Positions 9,764 through 18,221 of a stretch of 64,000 nt of DNA are shown here, one piece after another. Source of the DNA: Candidatus Saccharimonadales bacterium (lineage in GTDB: Bacteria > Patescibacteriota > Saccharimonadia > Saccharimonadales > UBA4665). The stretch is from assembly GCA_035946175.1 (NCBI GenBank), contig DASYZQ010000008.1, forward strand, positions 1,177 to 65,176, given 5' to 3'. Every line of letters begins with the position of its first letter. The first letter of the stretch is position 1. The translations under genes were made by a program, and so were the position numbers. Below the pieces are notes generated by a model. The model ran no database searches. It was given only the letters and a program-made list of their open reading frames with translations, and was not told the DNA's origin.

Positions 9764-9895
9764 ATGAGCCTGTGGCAAAAGATCAAGCTCTATTTCGGGA
9801 AATGTCCCATGTGTGGAGGCAGGGTGATACGCTGGAATTGGCAAAAAGCCGTCTGCACCAAATGCGGACGATCATGGCGGGTCAGCGGGCTCTGA
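9764..9895 (+). CDS. 43-aa zinc-ribbon mini-protein (not in the ORF track)
   Basis: MSLWQKIKLYFGKCPMCGGRVIRWNWQKAVCTKCGRSWRVSGL, with CPxCG and CxxCG pairs 13 residues apart and its own promoter. Confidence 0.4.
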   Translation: MSLWQKIKLYFGKCPMCGGRVIRWNWQKAVCTKCGRSWRVSGL

Positions 9896-10053
9896 GGGGC
9901 ACTGTATTATAACCTCCGCGAACAACGAGAATCTTAACAGAGATCTGAGGCAATTTGTTGCTACGCCTAAAACTAGGGTCAGCTTAAAAGACGCTCTTAC
10001 AAATACATTCTTAAGGCTTCAGATATAATAGCTCACATAAGGAGGGTGTTCTT

Positions 10054-13000
10054 CTGGATAATTATCAGGCGGCGCTAACGCGTCTCAACCCCAACCAACG
10101 CCGGGCCGTTGAGAAGCTGGATGGTCCAGTATTAGTTATCGCCGGACCCGGTACCGGCAAAACCCAACTACTTACCGCCCGTATTGCCCGTATTCTGGCC
10201 ACCACTGACACATTGCCAGAGAACATTCTATGCCTTACCTTCACCGATTCGGCAGTAAGCACCATGCGGGAACGGCTCAACCAGCTGATTGGCGCTACCG
10301 CCTACGACGTCACTATAAGTACCTATCACGCTTTTGGCAGTGAACTGATTCGCCGATGGCCAGACTATTTCCTACAGCTCAGCGACATGGAACCGGTTAA
10401 CGATTTGGGCATTGATCAAATCTTTCGGGAAATCATCGGGGAATTGCCGTACACTAACCCACTCAAATACTCTGACAACTACATCAAAGAGGTGCAGACC
10501 ATCATTAGTGATGCCAAACGAGCTTTGTTGACACCCGACGATCTGCTAGCCGTAGCCGAGCAAAATCAGACATTCTTAGATCAGGCCAACCCTGTTACTG
10601 CTCAGTGCCTCGAAGCTGTCAGTCGTATGGATAAAACAGTTATCCCGCACTTTGCCAGGCTAGGCAAAGAGCTTCGATCCCTCATAACCGACAAATCCCC
10701 GGTAGGCCGGGTCACCCCCCTAGCCCAACTAACTGTACAAGAACTCGATACGGCTGTGGCTGAGGCTGAAACGCTTGGCAAGCAAACACCACTGACGGCC
10801 TGGAAAAATAAGTGGTTAGAAAAAGATGTACAAAATCATTTTGTTTTATCGAGCAAAAAAGCCCAACAAAAGCTACGCGCCGTGGCTGAGGTTTATCGAC
10901 GCTACTTAGCTGAACTGCAGGCCAGAGAGCTCTACGACTATGACGATATGATTCTCCAAGCTGTAGCAGCCCTCCAAAGTCATGATGACTTCCGTTATTC
11001 CTTGCAAGAACGCTACCTATACATCCTACTCGACGAGTTTCAGGACACTAATGGTGCCCAATTCCGCCTGGTAGAACTACTGACTGACAATCCGGTCAAT
11101 GAGGGCCGCCCTAACGTACTGGCGGTTGGTGATGATGACCAGGCCATTTATGCCTTCCAGGGGGCCAATTACTCCAACATGTTGCAATTCCAGCAAACGT
11201 ACCGCGACGTCGCATTAGTACCACTAACCCAGAACTACCGCTCCCAGCCAGCTATTCTGCACACCGCCCGCGGCATCGCCGAACAGATTGAATCTCGTCT
11301 TCATCACCACTTCCCTCAAATCGAAAAAACCCTAACCGCAGAAGCCCGGGCTAAGAAGACATCAATTCTTGAACGCCGAGAAGCGCAAAGCGATGTCGAA
11401 CAATTTGCCTGGGTTACTGATCGTATTAAGCAATTACACGCCAAGAGTATGCCGCTCCGTGAGATTGCAATACTGGCCCCTCAGCATAAATACCTCGAGC
11501 CAATGGTAGCTTTTCTGCAGCAAGCCGGTCTACCGCTGCGCTATGAGAAACGCGAGAATATCTTAGACGACCCGACAGTTAGTGAACTACTATCAATGGC
11601 GGAATTAGCCCTCGCCATTGATAAACAGCCGGAACTCGCCGATAGCCTCTGGCCTCAAATACTGAGCTATCGGTGTTGGAATTTACCAACCAGCCTTATA
11701 TGGCAGATGAGCTGGCAGGCTCAAGACGACAAGCAACACTGGAGTGACGTATTACTAGGTAACGAGGTTACCCGTTCCATAGCGCTATTTTTTATCCGAC
11801 TTGGGCAATTGACAGCCAGCGAACCATTGGAAGTCGCACTCGACTACCTTATCGGGGTGAGCGAACTAGAGCTTCTGGAAGCTGACGGGCCAGACGCCTA
11901 CTGTTCACCATTTTACGAGTATCACTTTGGCCAACCGCTTAAAGCTGCCAGCTTAACTCAGCAGGTGGCAGCCGAGAAACCAACAGCCAGTTTCGGCACG
12001 TTTTGGCGGTTACTATCCCATCTGACGGTACTAAGAGCCCATCTGCGAGACTACCAGCACGGTCGCTCTGAAACCCTAAAACTCGACGATCTGATTGAAT
12101 TTGTAGCTGCCCACCGGGCAGCAGACATTAAGATCTTAGATACCAGCCCCTACCAAGAGGCTGATGATGCCGTTCAGCTGATGACCACTTTCAAATCCAA
12201 GGGCCAAGAATTTGAAGCGGTGTTCGTGCTAGCTTGCAATGATGACGTGTGGGGGAGCAGCACTCGTACTCAGAGCAATCGACTGACCTTACCGGCCAAC
12301 CTGCAGTTTATTCGCTACGGTGGAGCTACGAACGACGAACGACTACGATTGTTTTACGTAGCGCTGACCCGGGCCAAATCTCATCTATATCTAGTCAATT
12401 ACACCACTACCTACAGCGGTCGTACGGCAACCCGGCTACGCTACCTGGATGAGCGCCGCGATGAACAAAATCGGCTCATAAGTCCGCTACTGCCCGAGAA
12501 ACAGCAATTGGTGCTGCCGGCTAGCGATGGCACACTTCCCCCGGAAGCAGCGGAACTGACTGCCTATTGGCTACAGCGTCACAGAGCTGCACTCAGTGAA
12601 CAATCCCTCAAAAGCTTACTGCGTACTCGGCTGCAAGATTACCAACTCAGTCCCACAGATATTGGCAGTTTCATAGATCTGGTGCATAGCGGACCGGAGG
12701 ATTTTCTGCTAGAACGATTACTCCGCTTTCCCAGAAGTCCAGCACCCGAAATGCAATACGGGCAAGCTATTCATGACACCTTGCAGTGGATTCACTTGCA
12801 AAATAAGGCAACCGGAAAACTGCCCAGTCTAAAAGCCGCTCATTCCCGATTCCAGTCCCGTCTGGTTCGTATGCCGCTAAGCGGCCAACAGCAAGATCAG
12901 TTTGAGCACCGTGGCAAAACAGCTCTTAGTGCCTATCTGGCGCAGCGGGCCGATACGATCGCGCCGGGCAATGAGTGTGAGTATAACTTCCGTGGGGAAG

Positions 13001-13428
13001 GGGTTTTTGTTGGCAAAGCTCACATGAGTGGCAAGATCGATAAGCTCATAGTTGACCAAAAGAATAAACAGCTCACGATCGTCGACTACAAGACCGGCAA
13101 AGCTCACCACCGTTGGCAACGGGATATTAAGCTCCATAAGTATCGGCAGCAATTGTATCTATATAAGTCACTGGCCGAGCGATCGCACAGCTTTGCCGGA
13201 TATAAGGTAGTCGATGCTTACGTTGAGTTTGTTGAGCCCGATGAAGAGGGAATGATTCAGGAGCTCCACCTGCATCTCGATAGCCAAGAGCAGCAAACAA
13301 TAGAGCAATTGGCACAAGCTGTCTGGCAATGCATCCAATCGCTGACGTTCCCAGATACCACATCGTATAAATCGGACCTCAGCGGAGTTGAGACATTTGA
13401 GCAATGGCTTGCTAACATACCCGAATAA
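10054..13428 (+). CDS. UvrD/PcrA-type helicase fused to a C-terminal PD-(D/E)XK (RecB-like) nuclease (AddA/AdnB-like)
   Basis: Walker A VIAGPGTGKTQL (about 10135-10170), DEFQD motif II, and a C-terminal GKIDKL...VDYKTGK...QQLYLY nuclease motif. The N-terminus needs a CTG at 10054, 7 nt after GGAGGG. Confidence 0.8.
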   Translation: MDNYQAALTRLNPNQRRAVEKLDGPVLVIAGPGTGKTQLLTARIARILATTDTLPENILCLTFTDSAVSTMRERLNQLIGATAYDVTISTYHAFGSELIRRWPDYFLQLSDMEPVNDLGIDQIFREIIGELPYTNPLKYSDNYIKEVQTIISDAKRALLTPDDLLAVAEQNQTFLDQANPVTAQCLEAVSRMDKTVIPHFARLGKELRSLITDKSPVGRVTPLAQLTVQELDTAVAEAETLGKQTPLTAWKNKWLEKDVQNHFVLSSKKAQQKLRAVAEVYRRYLAELQARELYDYDDMILQAVAALQSHDDFRYSLQERYLYILLDEFQDTNGAQFRLVELLTDNPVNEGRPNVLAVGDDDQAIYAFQGANYSNMLQFQQTYRDVALVPLTQNYRSQPAILHTARGIAEQIESRLHHHFPQIEKTLTAEARAKKTSILERREAQSDVEQFAWVTDRIKQLHAKSMPLREIAILAPQHKYLEPMVAFLQQAGLPLRYEKRENILDDPTVSELLSMAELALAIDKQPELADSLWPQILSYRCWNLPTSLIWQMSWQAQDDKQHWSDVLLGNEVTRSIALFFIRLGQLTASEPLEVALDYLIGVSELELLEADGPDAYCSPFYEYHFGQPLKAASLTQQVAAEKPTASFGTFWRLLSHLTVLRAHLRDYQHGRSETLKLDDLIEFVAAHRAADIKILDTSPYQEADDAVQLMTTFKSKGQEFEAVFVLACNDDVWGSSTRTQSNRLTLPANLQFIRYGGATNDERLRLFYVALTRAKSHLYLVNYTTTYSGRTATRLRYLDERRDEQNRLISPLLPEKQQLVLPASDGTLPPEAAELTAYWLQRHRAALSEQSLKSLLRTRLQDYQLSPTDIGSFIDLVHSGPEDFLLERLLRFPRSPAPEMQYGQAIHDTLQWIHLQNKATGKLPSLKAAHSRFQSRLVRMPLSGQQQDQFEHRGKTALSAYLAQRADTIAPGNECEYNFRGEGVFVGKAHMSGKIDKLIVDQKNKQLTIVDYKTGKAHHRWQRDIKLHKYRQQLYLYKSLAERSHSFAGYKVVDAYVEFVEPDEEGMIQELHLHLDSQEQQTIEQLAQAVWQCIQSLTFPDTTSYKSDLSGVETFEQWLANIPE

Positions 13429-13459
13429 TAGATACGCATAACGATTAGAAAAGTGCAGA

Positions 13460-14491
13460 CTATTTCCAGGCCGCTAGAAATTGTCTCTCATGGCGCTTGA
13501 CGACCTTGTCAGAACCGAGCAGCCCATGCTTTGACATGTCAGGCGAATATCTGCTCGCCGGAACAGTGCGCCCTAAGGCTTCAGCCATGGCCCGGACATG
13601 GTGCGGAGCCCCACCGCAACATATACCTATATAATTGACCCCTATATCCTTAGCTTCCATGGCAAATTCGGCCATTTCCCCCCGTGTGCATAAGAAGGAA
13701 TCTAGGGATAACGGAAAGGCATTCACGCCCTTATACTTCAGAACATGAAAGTTAGGATGCCTAGATGTCGTATGGTATGGCACTGGCTGTGCCGCAATGG
13801 GGCAAGAGACAGTTTTACGCAGTCTTCTTAGAAGTGGTAGCATCGTTTTAGGTCCACGTATGCAGTTAAATCCAACTACATCGGCACCGTTCGCTTCGAG
13901 CAACCGGCAGCCCTCCACCCAATCATAGCCATCTTTGCTCTTAGGGTATGCCGCACCAAAGGTGACTAATGCCGGCAGTTGATATTTCTTTATAACCCCC
14001 AAAGCAATGAGCGCCTCGCCTATATATCCAATGGTCTCAGCGATAATAAAATCGGCGCCCTCTTCGGCGGCCCAGCGTACTTGCTCATCATACATTTGAC
14101 GAACGATAGCCGAAGTATGCTTTTTGTTAGCCGGATCATACACCCAGGTATTACAGATATTGCCAGCAACGAGAACATCGTTCCCTTCGGCAATCTCTTT
14201 CGCGATTCGAACCGCTTGCCGATTCAGCTGTTCCAAGTCCTTTTCTCGGTCAATAATGCGCAACTTATCCCGGTGCGCATAGTAGGTGAATGCCACCAAT
14301 ACCTCACTGCCAGCTCGCAAAAACTCTCTATGTAACTGGCGCAGCGCGTCCGGATGGTCTAAAACCACTTCAGGCACATACGCTCCAGCCTTAACGTAAC
14401 CGCGTCTCTCAAGTTCAAATAGGTAGCCTTCGGCCCCAAGTACAGTGCCTTCTTGTAACCTCTCCACTAAGCCATGCTTTATGTGTGACAT
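13460..14491 (-). CDS. betaine-homocysteine S-methyltransferase-type (Pfam S-methyl_trans) methionine-forming enzyme
   Basis: ERRGYVKAGAYVPE and LRQLHREFLRAGS closely resemble BHMT. Zn ligands GFNC and ICCGG are present. ATG 14491 (MSHIKHG) is preferred over TTG 14506. Confidence 0.85.
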   Translation of the reverse strand: MSHIKHGLVERLQEGTVLGAEGYLFELERRGYVKAGAYVPEVVLDHPDALRQLHREFLRAGSEVLVAFTYYAHRDKLRIIDREKDLEQLNRQAVRIAKEIAEGNDVLVAGNICNTWVYDPANKKHTSAIVRQMYDEQVRWAAEEGADFIIAETIGYIGEALIALGVIKKYQLPALVTFGAAYPKSKDGYDWVEGCRLLEANGADVVGFNCIRGPKTMLPLLRRLRKTVSCPIAAQPVPYHTTSRHPNFHVLKYKGVNAFPLSLDSFLCTRGEMAEFAMEAKDIGVNYIGICCGGAPHHVRAMAEALGRTVPASRYSPDMSKHGLLGSDKVVKRHERQFLAAWK

Positions 14492-14528
14492 AACAAATTT
14501 CCCCAAGAAGAATTATTTGAATACAATC

Positions 14529-14596
14529 AAAAAACTGGCCCTAGGCCGGTTATTGTATTCAGATATTCTATAACGATCAGGATATCGGCCTAGGGC
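14529..14596 (-). terminator. candidate attenuator terminator in the methyltransferase leader
   Basis: An 11-bp stem with 9 GC pairs (14596..14586 pairs with 14548..14538), then CAG and UUUUUU (14534..14529). It lies between a promoter and the gene start. Confidence 0.5.
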
Positions 14597-14639
14597 ACAG
14601 CATAACCATCATCATAATCTGTGAGTTGCAAACAAACAT
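14577..14639 (-). CDS. candidate Met-rich leader peptide MFVCNSQIMMMVMLCPRPIS
   Basis: 20 codons, with 4 of the 5 codons 9-13 being AUG. Codons 15-18 form the 5' arm of the terminator stem. Confidence 0.45.
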   Translation of the reverse strand: MFVCNSQIMMMVMLCPRPIS

Positions 14640-14646
14640 GAGCTGA

Positions 14647-14675
14647 AGTATACAGCGGCCTGACGTATTGGACAA
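14647..14675 (-). promoter_or_regulatory. candidate promoter TTGTCC-17 nt-TATACT, 7 nt before the leader-peptide ATG
   Basis: Read on the minus strand. This geometry implies a leaderless transcript. Confidence 0.4.
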
Positions 14676-14713
14676 TGTTAGAGCGAAAGACATTTTTTAC
14701 GATTTGAGGTTCT

Positions 14714-14742
14714 TTGCGCTTCTACTTCGACTCCGATACAAT
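14714..14742 (+). promoter_or_regulatory. candidate promoter TTGCGC-17 nt-TACAAT for the CNNM gene
   Basis: Read directly, about 65 nt upstream of ATG 14808 (SD GAGGAAAG). Confidence 0.4.
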
Positions 14743-14807
14743 AAAAAGCCTATGGTTGCAGTGCAACTGGCGAGAGTAGGACGACAAACGAGGAAAGTGC
14801 AATTGTT

Positions 14808-15788
14808 ATGGTAACTGTGATTGCCGTTATCGCGCTCGTCGTTTTTTCAGCAATTTGTTCAGGTCTTAATGTCGGCTTGGTATCACTCGACGAAGGGGAC
14901 GTCCGACGCAAGGCCAAGCTCGGCAATAAGTTCGCCCGCCAAGTACTACCGCTTCGCACTAACCTGCATCTTAGTTTAGCCGGTATTCTGCTATCAAATA
15001 TCGCGAGCATTACCGGCACATCACTGGTATTGAATAACCGATTTAATGGCGTTGTTGCCGAGATCGCCAGCACGCTGCTTATCGTCATCTTCGGCGAGAT
15101 TCTACCGCAGGCCCTCTTTGCGCGTTACGCGCTTAGGTTCTGCGCCCGTCTGGCACCGTTGCTGCGTCTTATGATCGTTGTCACATACCCAATCGCTAAA
15201 CCGCTACAGCTGCTGTTGGACCGATTATTCCCATATGAGCAGCCACATCTGCAGACGCGCAGAGAGCTGGGTCTTATCATGGCCGAGCATGCGGCAGCCG
15301 AGGAAAGTGAACTTGACGAAGATGAAGTTGAAATTATTCGTGGTGCTTTGCTGTTGAGCGAAAAACGAGTACAGGACATAACGACGGAGCTACGGAAGGT
15401 CTACTGGATGAGCCCAGAGACATCCATCAATGCAAGCAAGATTGACGAGATCAAGCAAAAAGGCTGGAGCCGTATTCCAATTCTCAACCGTCAACGAACA
15501 ACCTGTTTTGGTATCTTGCTCATGAAAGATCTCGTCGATATCGACTTCGATAACCACACCCACAAGGTTGAAGACCTGCCGCTCTATCCCACCCAAATCG
15601 TCGGCAGTCGAACAGCGCTGGATACGCTGTTCCGAAAGTTTATCAATGGCGGTATACATCTCTTTCCGGTCGAGCAGAATGACCAGATTATCGGTATTGT
15701 TACTATTGAAGATCTACTTGAAGAGATTGTCGGTCATGAAATTGAAGATGAAACTGATCGCCTTCGGAAAAAACATCGACACAGTTAA
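14808..15788 (+). CDS. CNNM/DUF21 transmembrane domain plus CBS-pair protein (CorB/TlyC-like)
   Basis: N-terminal FSAICSGLNVGLVSLD DUF21 signature, followed by a CBS pair. Confidence 0.85.
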   Translation: MVTVIAVIALVVFSAICSGLNVGLVSLDEGDVRRKAKLGNKFARQVLPLRTNLHLSLAGILLSNIASITGTSLVLNNRFNGVVAEIASTLLIVIFGEILPQALFARYALRFCARLAPLLRLMIVVTYPIAKPLQLLLDRLFPYEQPHLQTRRELGLIMAEHAAAEESELDEDEVEIIRGALLLSEKRVQDITTELRKVYWMSPETSINASKIDEIKQKGWSRIPILNRQRTTCFGILLMKDLVDIDFDNHTHKVEDLPLYPTQIVGSRTALDTLFRKFINGGIHLFPVEQNDQIIGIVTIEDLLEEIVGHEIEDETDRLRKKHRHS

Positions 15789-15923
15789 ATCACCCCCTCT
15801 ATGTAATAGCTGCAGTCTTCATAACCTATAAAAAATCAGACAGCAGCCTTGTTAGATCTTTAACATGTCGTCGTTGCAGCTTTTGTTACATTAAGTCATT
15901 GTCCGTTCATGCAGGAGGTACGT

Positions 15924-17201
15924 ATGGAACAGCGGCTCAAACGGCTCGGGACCAGCACATTCGTCCGCCACAATGCTATCTTCTTCATCGGAGCACTTGC
16001 TATCGGCTTTTTAAACTATTTGTACTACCCGGTGCTTGGCCGCCTGCTTCAACCAGGCAGTTTCGGTGAGCTGCAGGCACTGGTCTCGATATTCACCCAG
16101 ATTGCTATCTTCCTAAGCGTCCTGGGACTTATGACAGTTACTATCGTTACCAATTATTCTAATAATGCCCAACGTAATCGTGTTATCGTGGAACTGGAGA
16201 AGTTATCCTTATTGCTCGTATTCGGGCTTGTGGCGGCTACCGTACTGAGTGCCAATATGCTCAAACACTTCTTTCAATTTCACTCAACGGCACCATTTCT
16301 AGTACTGGCATTCGCCATCGCAGCCAGCGTACCGCTCATGTTTCGAAGTTCCTACCTACGGGGGCGACAGCACTTTGGCCTAGCCGCCTGGATAGGCGTG
16401 ATCGCTTCCGCCGCCGACTTAGTGCTCGCAGCCGCCTTGGTATTGGCCGGGTGGGGCACCACGGGCGCCATTACCGGTCTGCTTCTCGGGCAGGCCATTG
16501 CTTGTGGAGTCGCCATTATCTGGGCTCGACGGCAGGGTTTCACTGCACCACTGTACGGTTCTGTCCGGCTGCCTAACGTCCGACTCATAGCACCTGAACT
16601 ACGCTACGCACTGTTGGTGTTTATCAGTTCGCTGGTAATGACCGCCATGTATAGCATTGATACTGTAGTAGTGAAACATTATTTCGACAGCCGTACCGCT
16701 GGGCTGTATGCCGGTATAGCTACCGTAGCCCGAATCGTCTTTTTCCTGAGTGCCTCGGTCGGTCAGGTCTTATTGCCCACTGTTCGATTAGACAGTCCTG
16801 TGAGGCATAATCAATTGGTCCTATTCAAGTCCTTGCTACTGCTGAGTGCAATTGGCGGCAGTACCTTGGTCATCTTTGCACTACTGCCGAGAATGGTCAT
16901 CGGTCTACTCATGGGCGGAACGTATTTGAGGTATGCCGGGCTGCTGCCACGGCTTAGCCTCGTTATCTTTCTAGTATCACTGCTCAACTTATTTGTAACC
17001 TATCACCTGGCATTGCGCCATTACGCCATCGGCTTGGTGGTGATACTCGGCAGTATCGTGACCTACGCACAGTTGCGAGCCCATCACCAAACCCTGCCAG
17101 CCGTAATCAATAGCTTGCTCTACGGCTGTTTAGCAATGTTCGCGGCGGTCGGGCTATGGCTCAGCAGTGTCAAGTTGCGCTATGCCTATAGAAGCACGTA
17201 A
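15924..17201 (+). CDS. polysaccharide flippase (MOP/Wzx-like)
   Basis: 12-14 TM segments. AGGAGG at 15913-15918 precedes ATG 15924, so ATG 15909 is rejected. Confidence 0.7.
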   Translation: MEQRLKRLGTSTFVRHNAIFFIGALAIGFLNYLYYPVLGRLLQPGSFGELQALVSIFTQIAIFLSVLGLMTVTIVTNYSNNAQRNRVIVELEKLSLLLVFGLVAATVLSANMLKHFFQFHSTAPFLVLAFAIAASVPLMFRSSYLRGRQHFGLAAWIGVIASAADLVLAAALVLAGWGTTGAITGLLLGQAIACGVAIIWARRQGFTAPLYGSVRLPNVRLIAPELRYALLVFISSLVMTAMYSIDTVVVKHYFDSRTAGLYAGIATVARIVFFLSASVGQVLLPTVRLDSPVRHNQLVLFKSLLLLSAIGGSTLVIFALLPRMVIGLLMGGTYLRYAGLLPRLSLVIFLVSLLNLFVTYHLALRHYAIGLVVILGSIVTYAQLRAHHQTLPAVINSLLYGCLAMFAAVGLWLSSVKLRYAYRST

Positions 17202-17222
17202 TAAAAGAAAGGGAAGACGCCT

Positions 17223-18221
17223 ATGCAACAACTTATTTCGATCATTGTGCCAGTATATAACGAGGCTCCAAGTCTGCCGGATTTTTGCAGTGAAATCACC
17301 AAATACACGCACCGGCTGCCGTTCCGGTTCGAATGTATCTTTGTGGATGATGGCAGCAGCGATGATTCGCCTGCAATGCTGAGAAACCTTGCTCAAAGAC
17401 GTCATGGCATACGCTACATCCAACTATCCCGTAATTTCGGTAAGGAGGCAGCGGTATCGGCCGGGCTGCACGCCGCCAGCGGTGACGCGGCTATTATTCT
17501 CGATGCCGATCTGCAGCACCCGCCTCGGCTCATCCGTCAATTTATCACCAAGTGGCAACACGGTGCTGATGTCGTCGTCGGCGTTAAGCACTACAGTGCC
17601 AATGAGGGTTGGTTTAAGCGCTTCAGCTCACATTTGTTCTACCGCATGCTTGGGATGATTTCGCACACCAACATTACACCGCATGCCAGCGATTTCCGGC
17701 TGGTCGATCGGCGAGTTATGAATGAATTCCGTAATCTCCGCGAGCATAATCGCATGACGCGCGGGCTGATTGACTGGCTCGGCTTTAAGCGTGACTACGT
17801 CGAGTTCGTGGCACCTCCACGCCGACATGGTGAACGGGGATATTCATACCGCAAACTTATTAATCTAGCCATGAATAACTTTACAGCTTACAGCTTAGTG
17901 CCCCTGAAGCTGGCCGGGTATGTCGGTACATTTATTCTCATTTTTGCCGGGGTGTTGAGCTCAACTGTTTATATTGATCAGATCATGCTTCATGATCCGC
18001 TGCGCCTGAAAGTAACCGGCACTGCCATGCTGGCGCTCATGCTGCTATTTCTTGTTGGCGTAGTGCTGGCATGCCTCGGGCTGATTGCGCTCTATATCGC
18101 ACATATTCATGATGAGGTAGTCGACCGACCACTCTATGTCGTCCGCAGTCATGATGACGAAGCAACTGCCGAGTCTGAGACAATCGACCAAGAGCCAGTC
18201 AAGCTGGAGATGGACAGGTGA
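17223..18221 (+). CDS. GT2 polyprenyl-phosphate glycosyltransferase (GtrB/ArnC/DPM1-like) with 2 C-terminal TM helices
   Basis: IIVPVYNE, FVDDGSSD and LDADLQH motifs. Confidence 0.85.
   Translation: MQQLISIIVPVYNEAPSLPDFCSEITKYTHRLPFRFECIFVDDGSSDDSPAMLRNLAQRRHGIRYIQLSRNFGKEAAVSAGLHAASGDAAIILDADLQHPPRLIRQFITKWQHGADVVVGVKHYSANEGWFKRFSSHLFYRMLGMISHTNITPHASDFRLVDRRVMNEFRNLREHNRMTRGLIDWLGFKRDYVEFVAPPRRHGERGYSYRKLINLAMNNFTAYSLVPLKLAGYVGTFILIFAGVLSSTVYIDQIMLHDPLRLKVTGTAMLALMLLFLVGVVLACLGLIALYIAHIHDEVVDRPLYVVRSHDDEATAESETIDQEPVKLEMDR

Noticed and set aside
9706-9912. 68-aa track ORF in the permease-helicase spacer
   Set aside because: It has no motif, SD or promoter geometry. The overlapping 43-aa zinc-ribbon frame, which has a promoter, explains the open region better.
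15909-15923. ATG 15909 as the flippase start
   Set aside because: The AGGAGG SD (15913-15918) lies downstream of it and is correctly spaced for ATG 15924.
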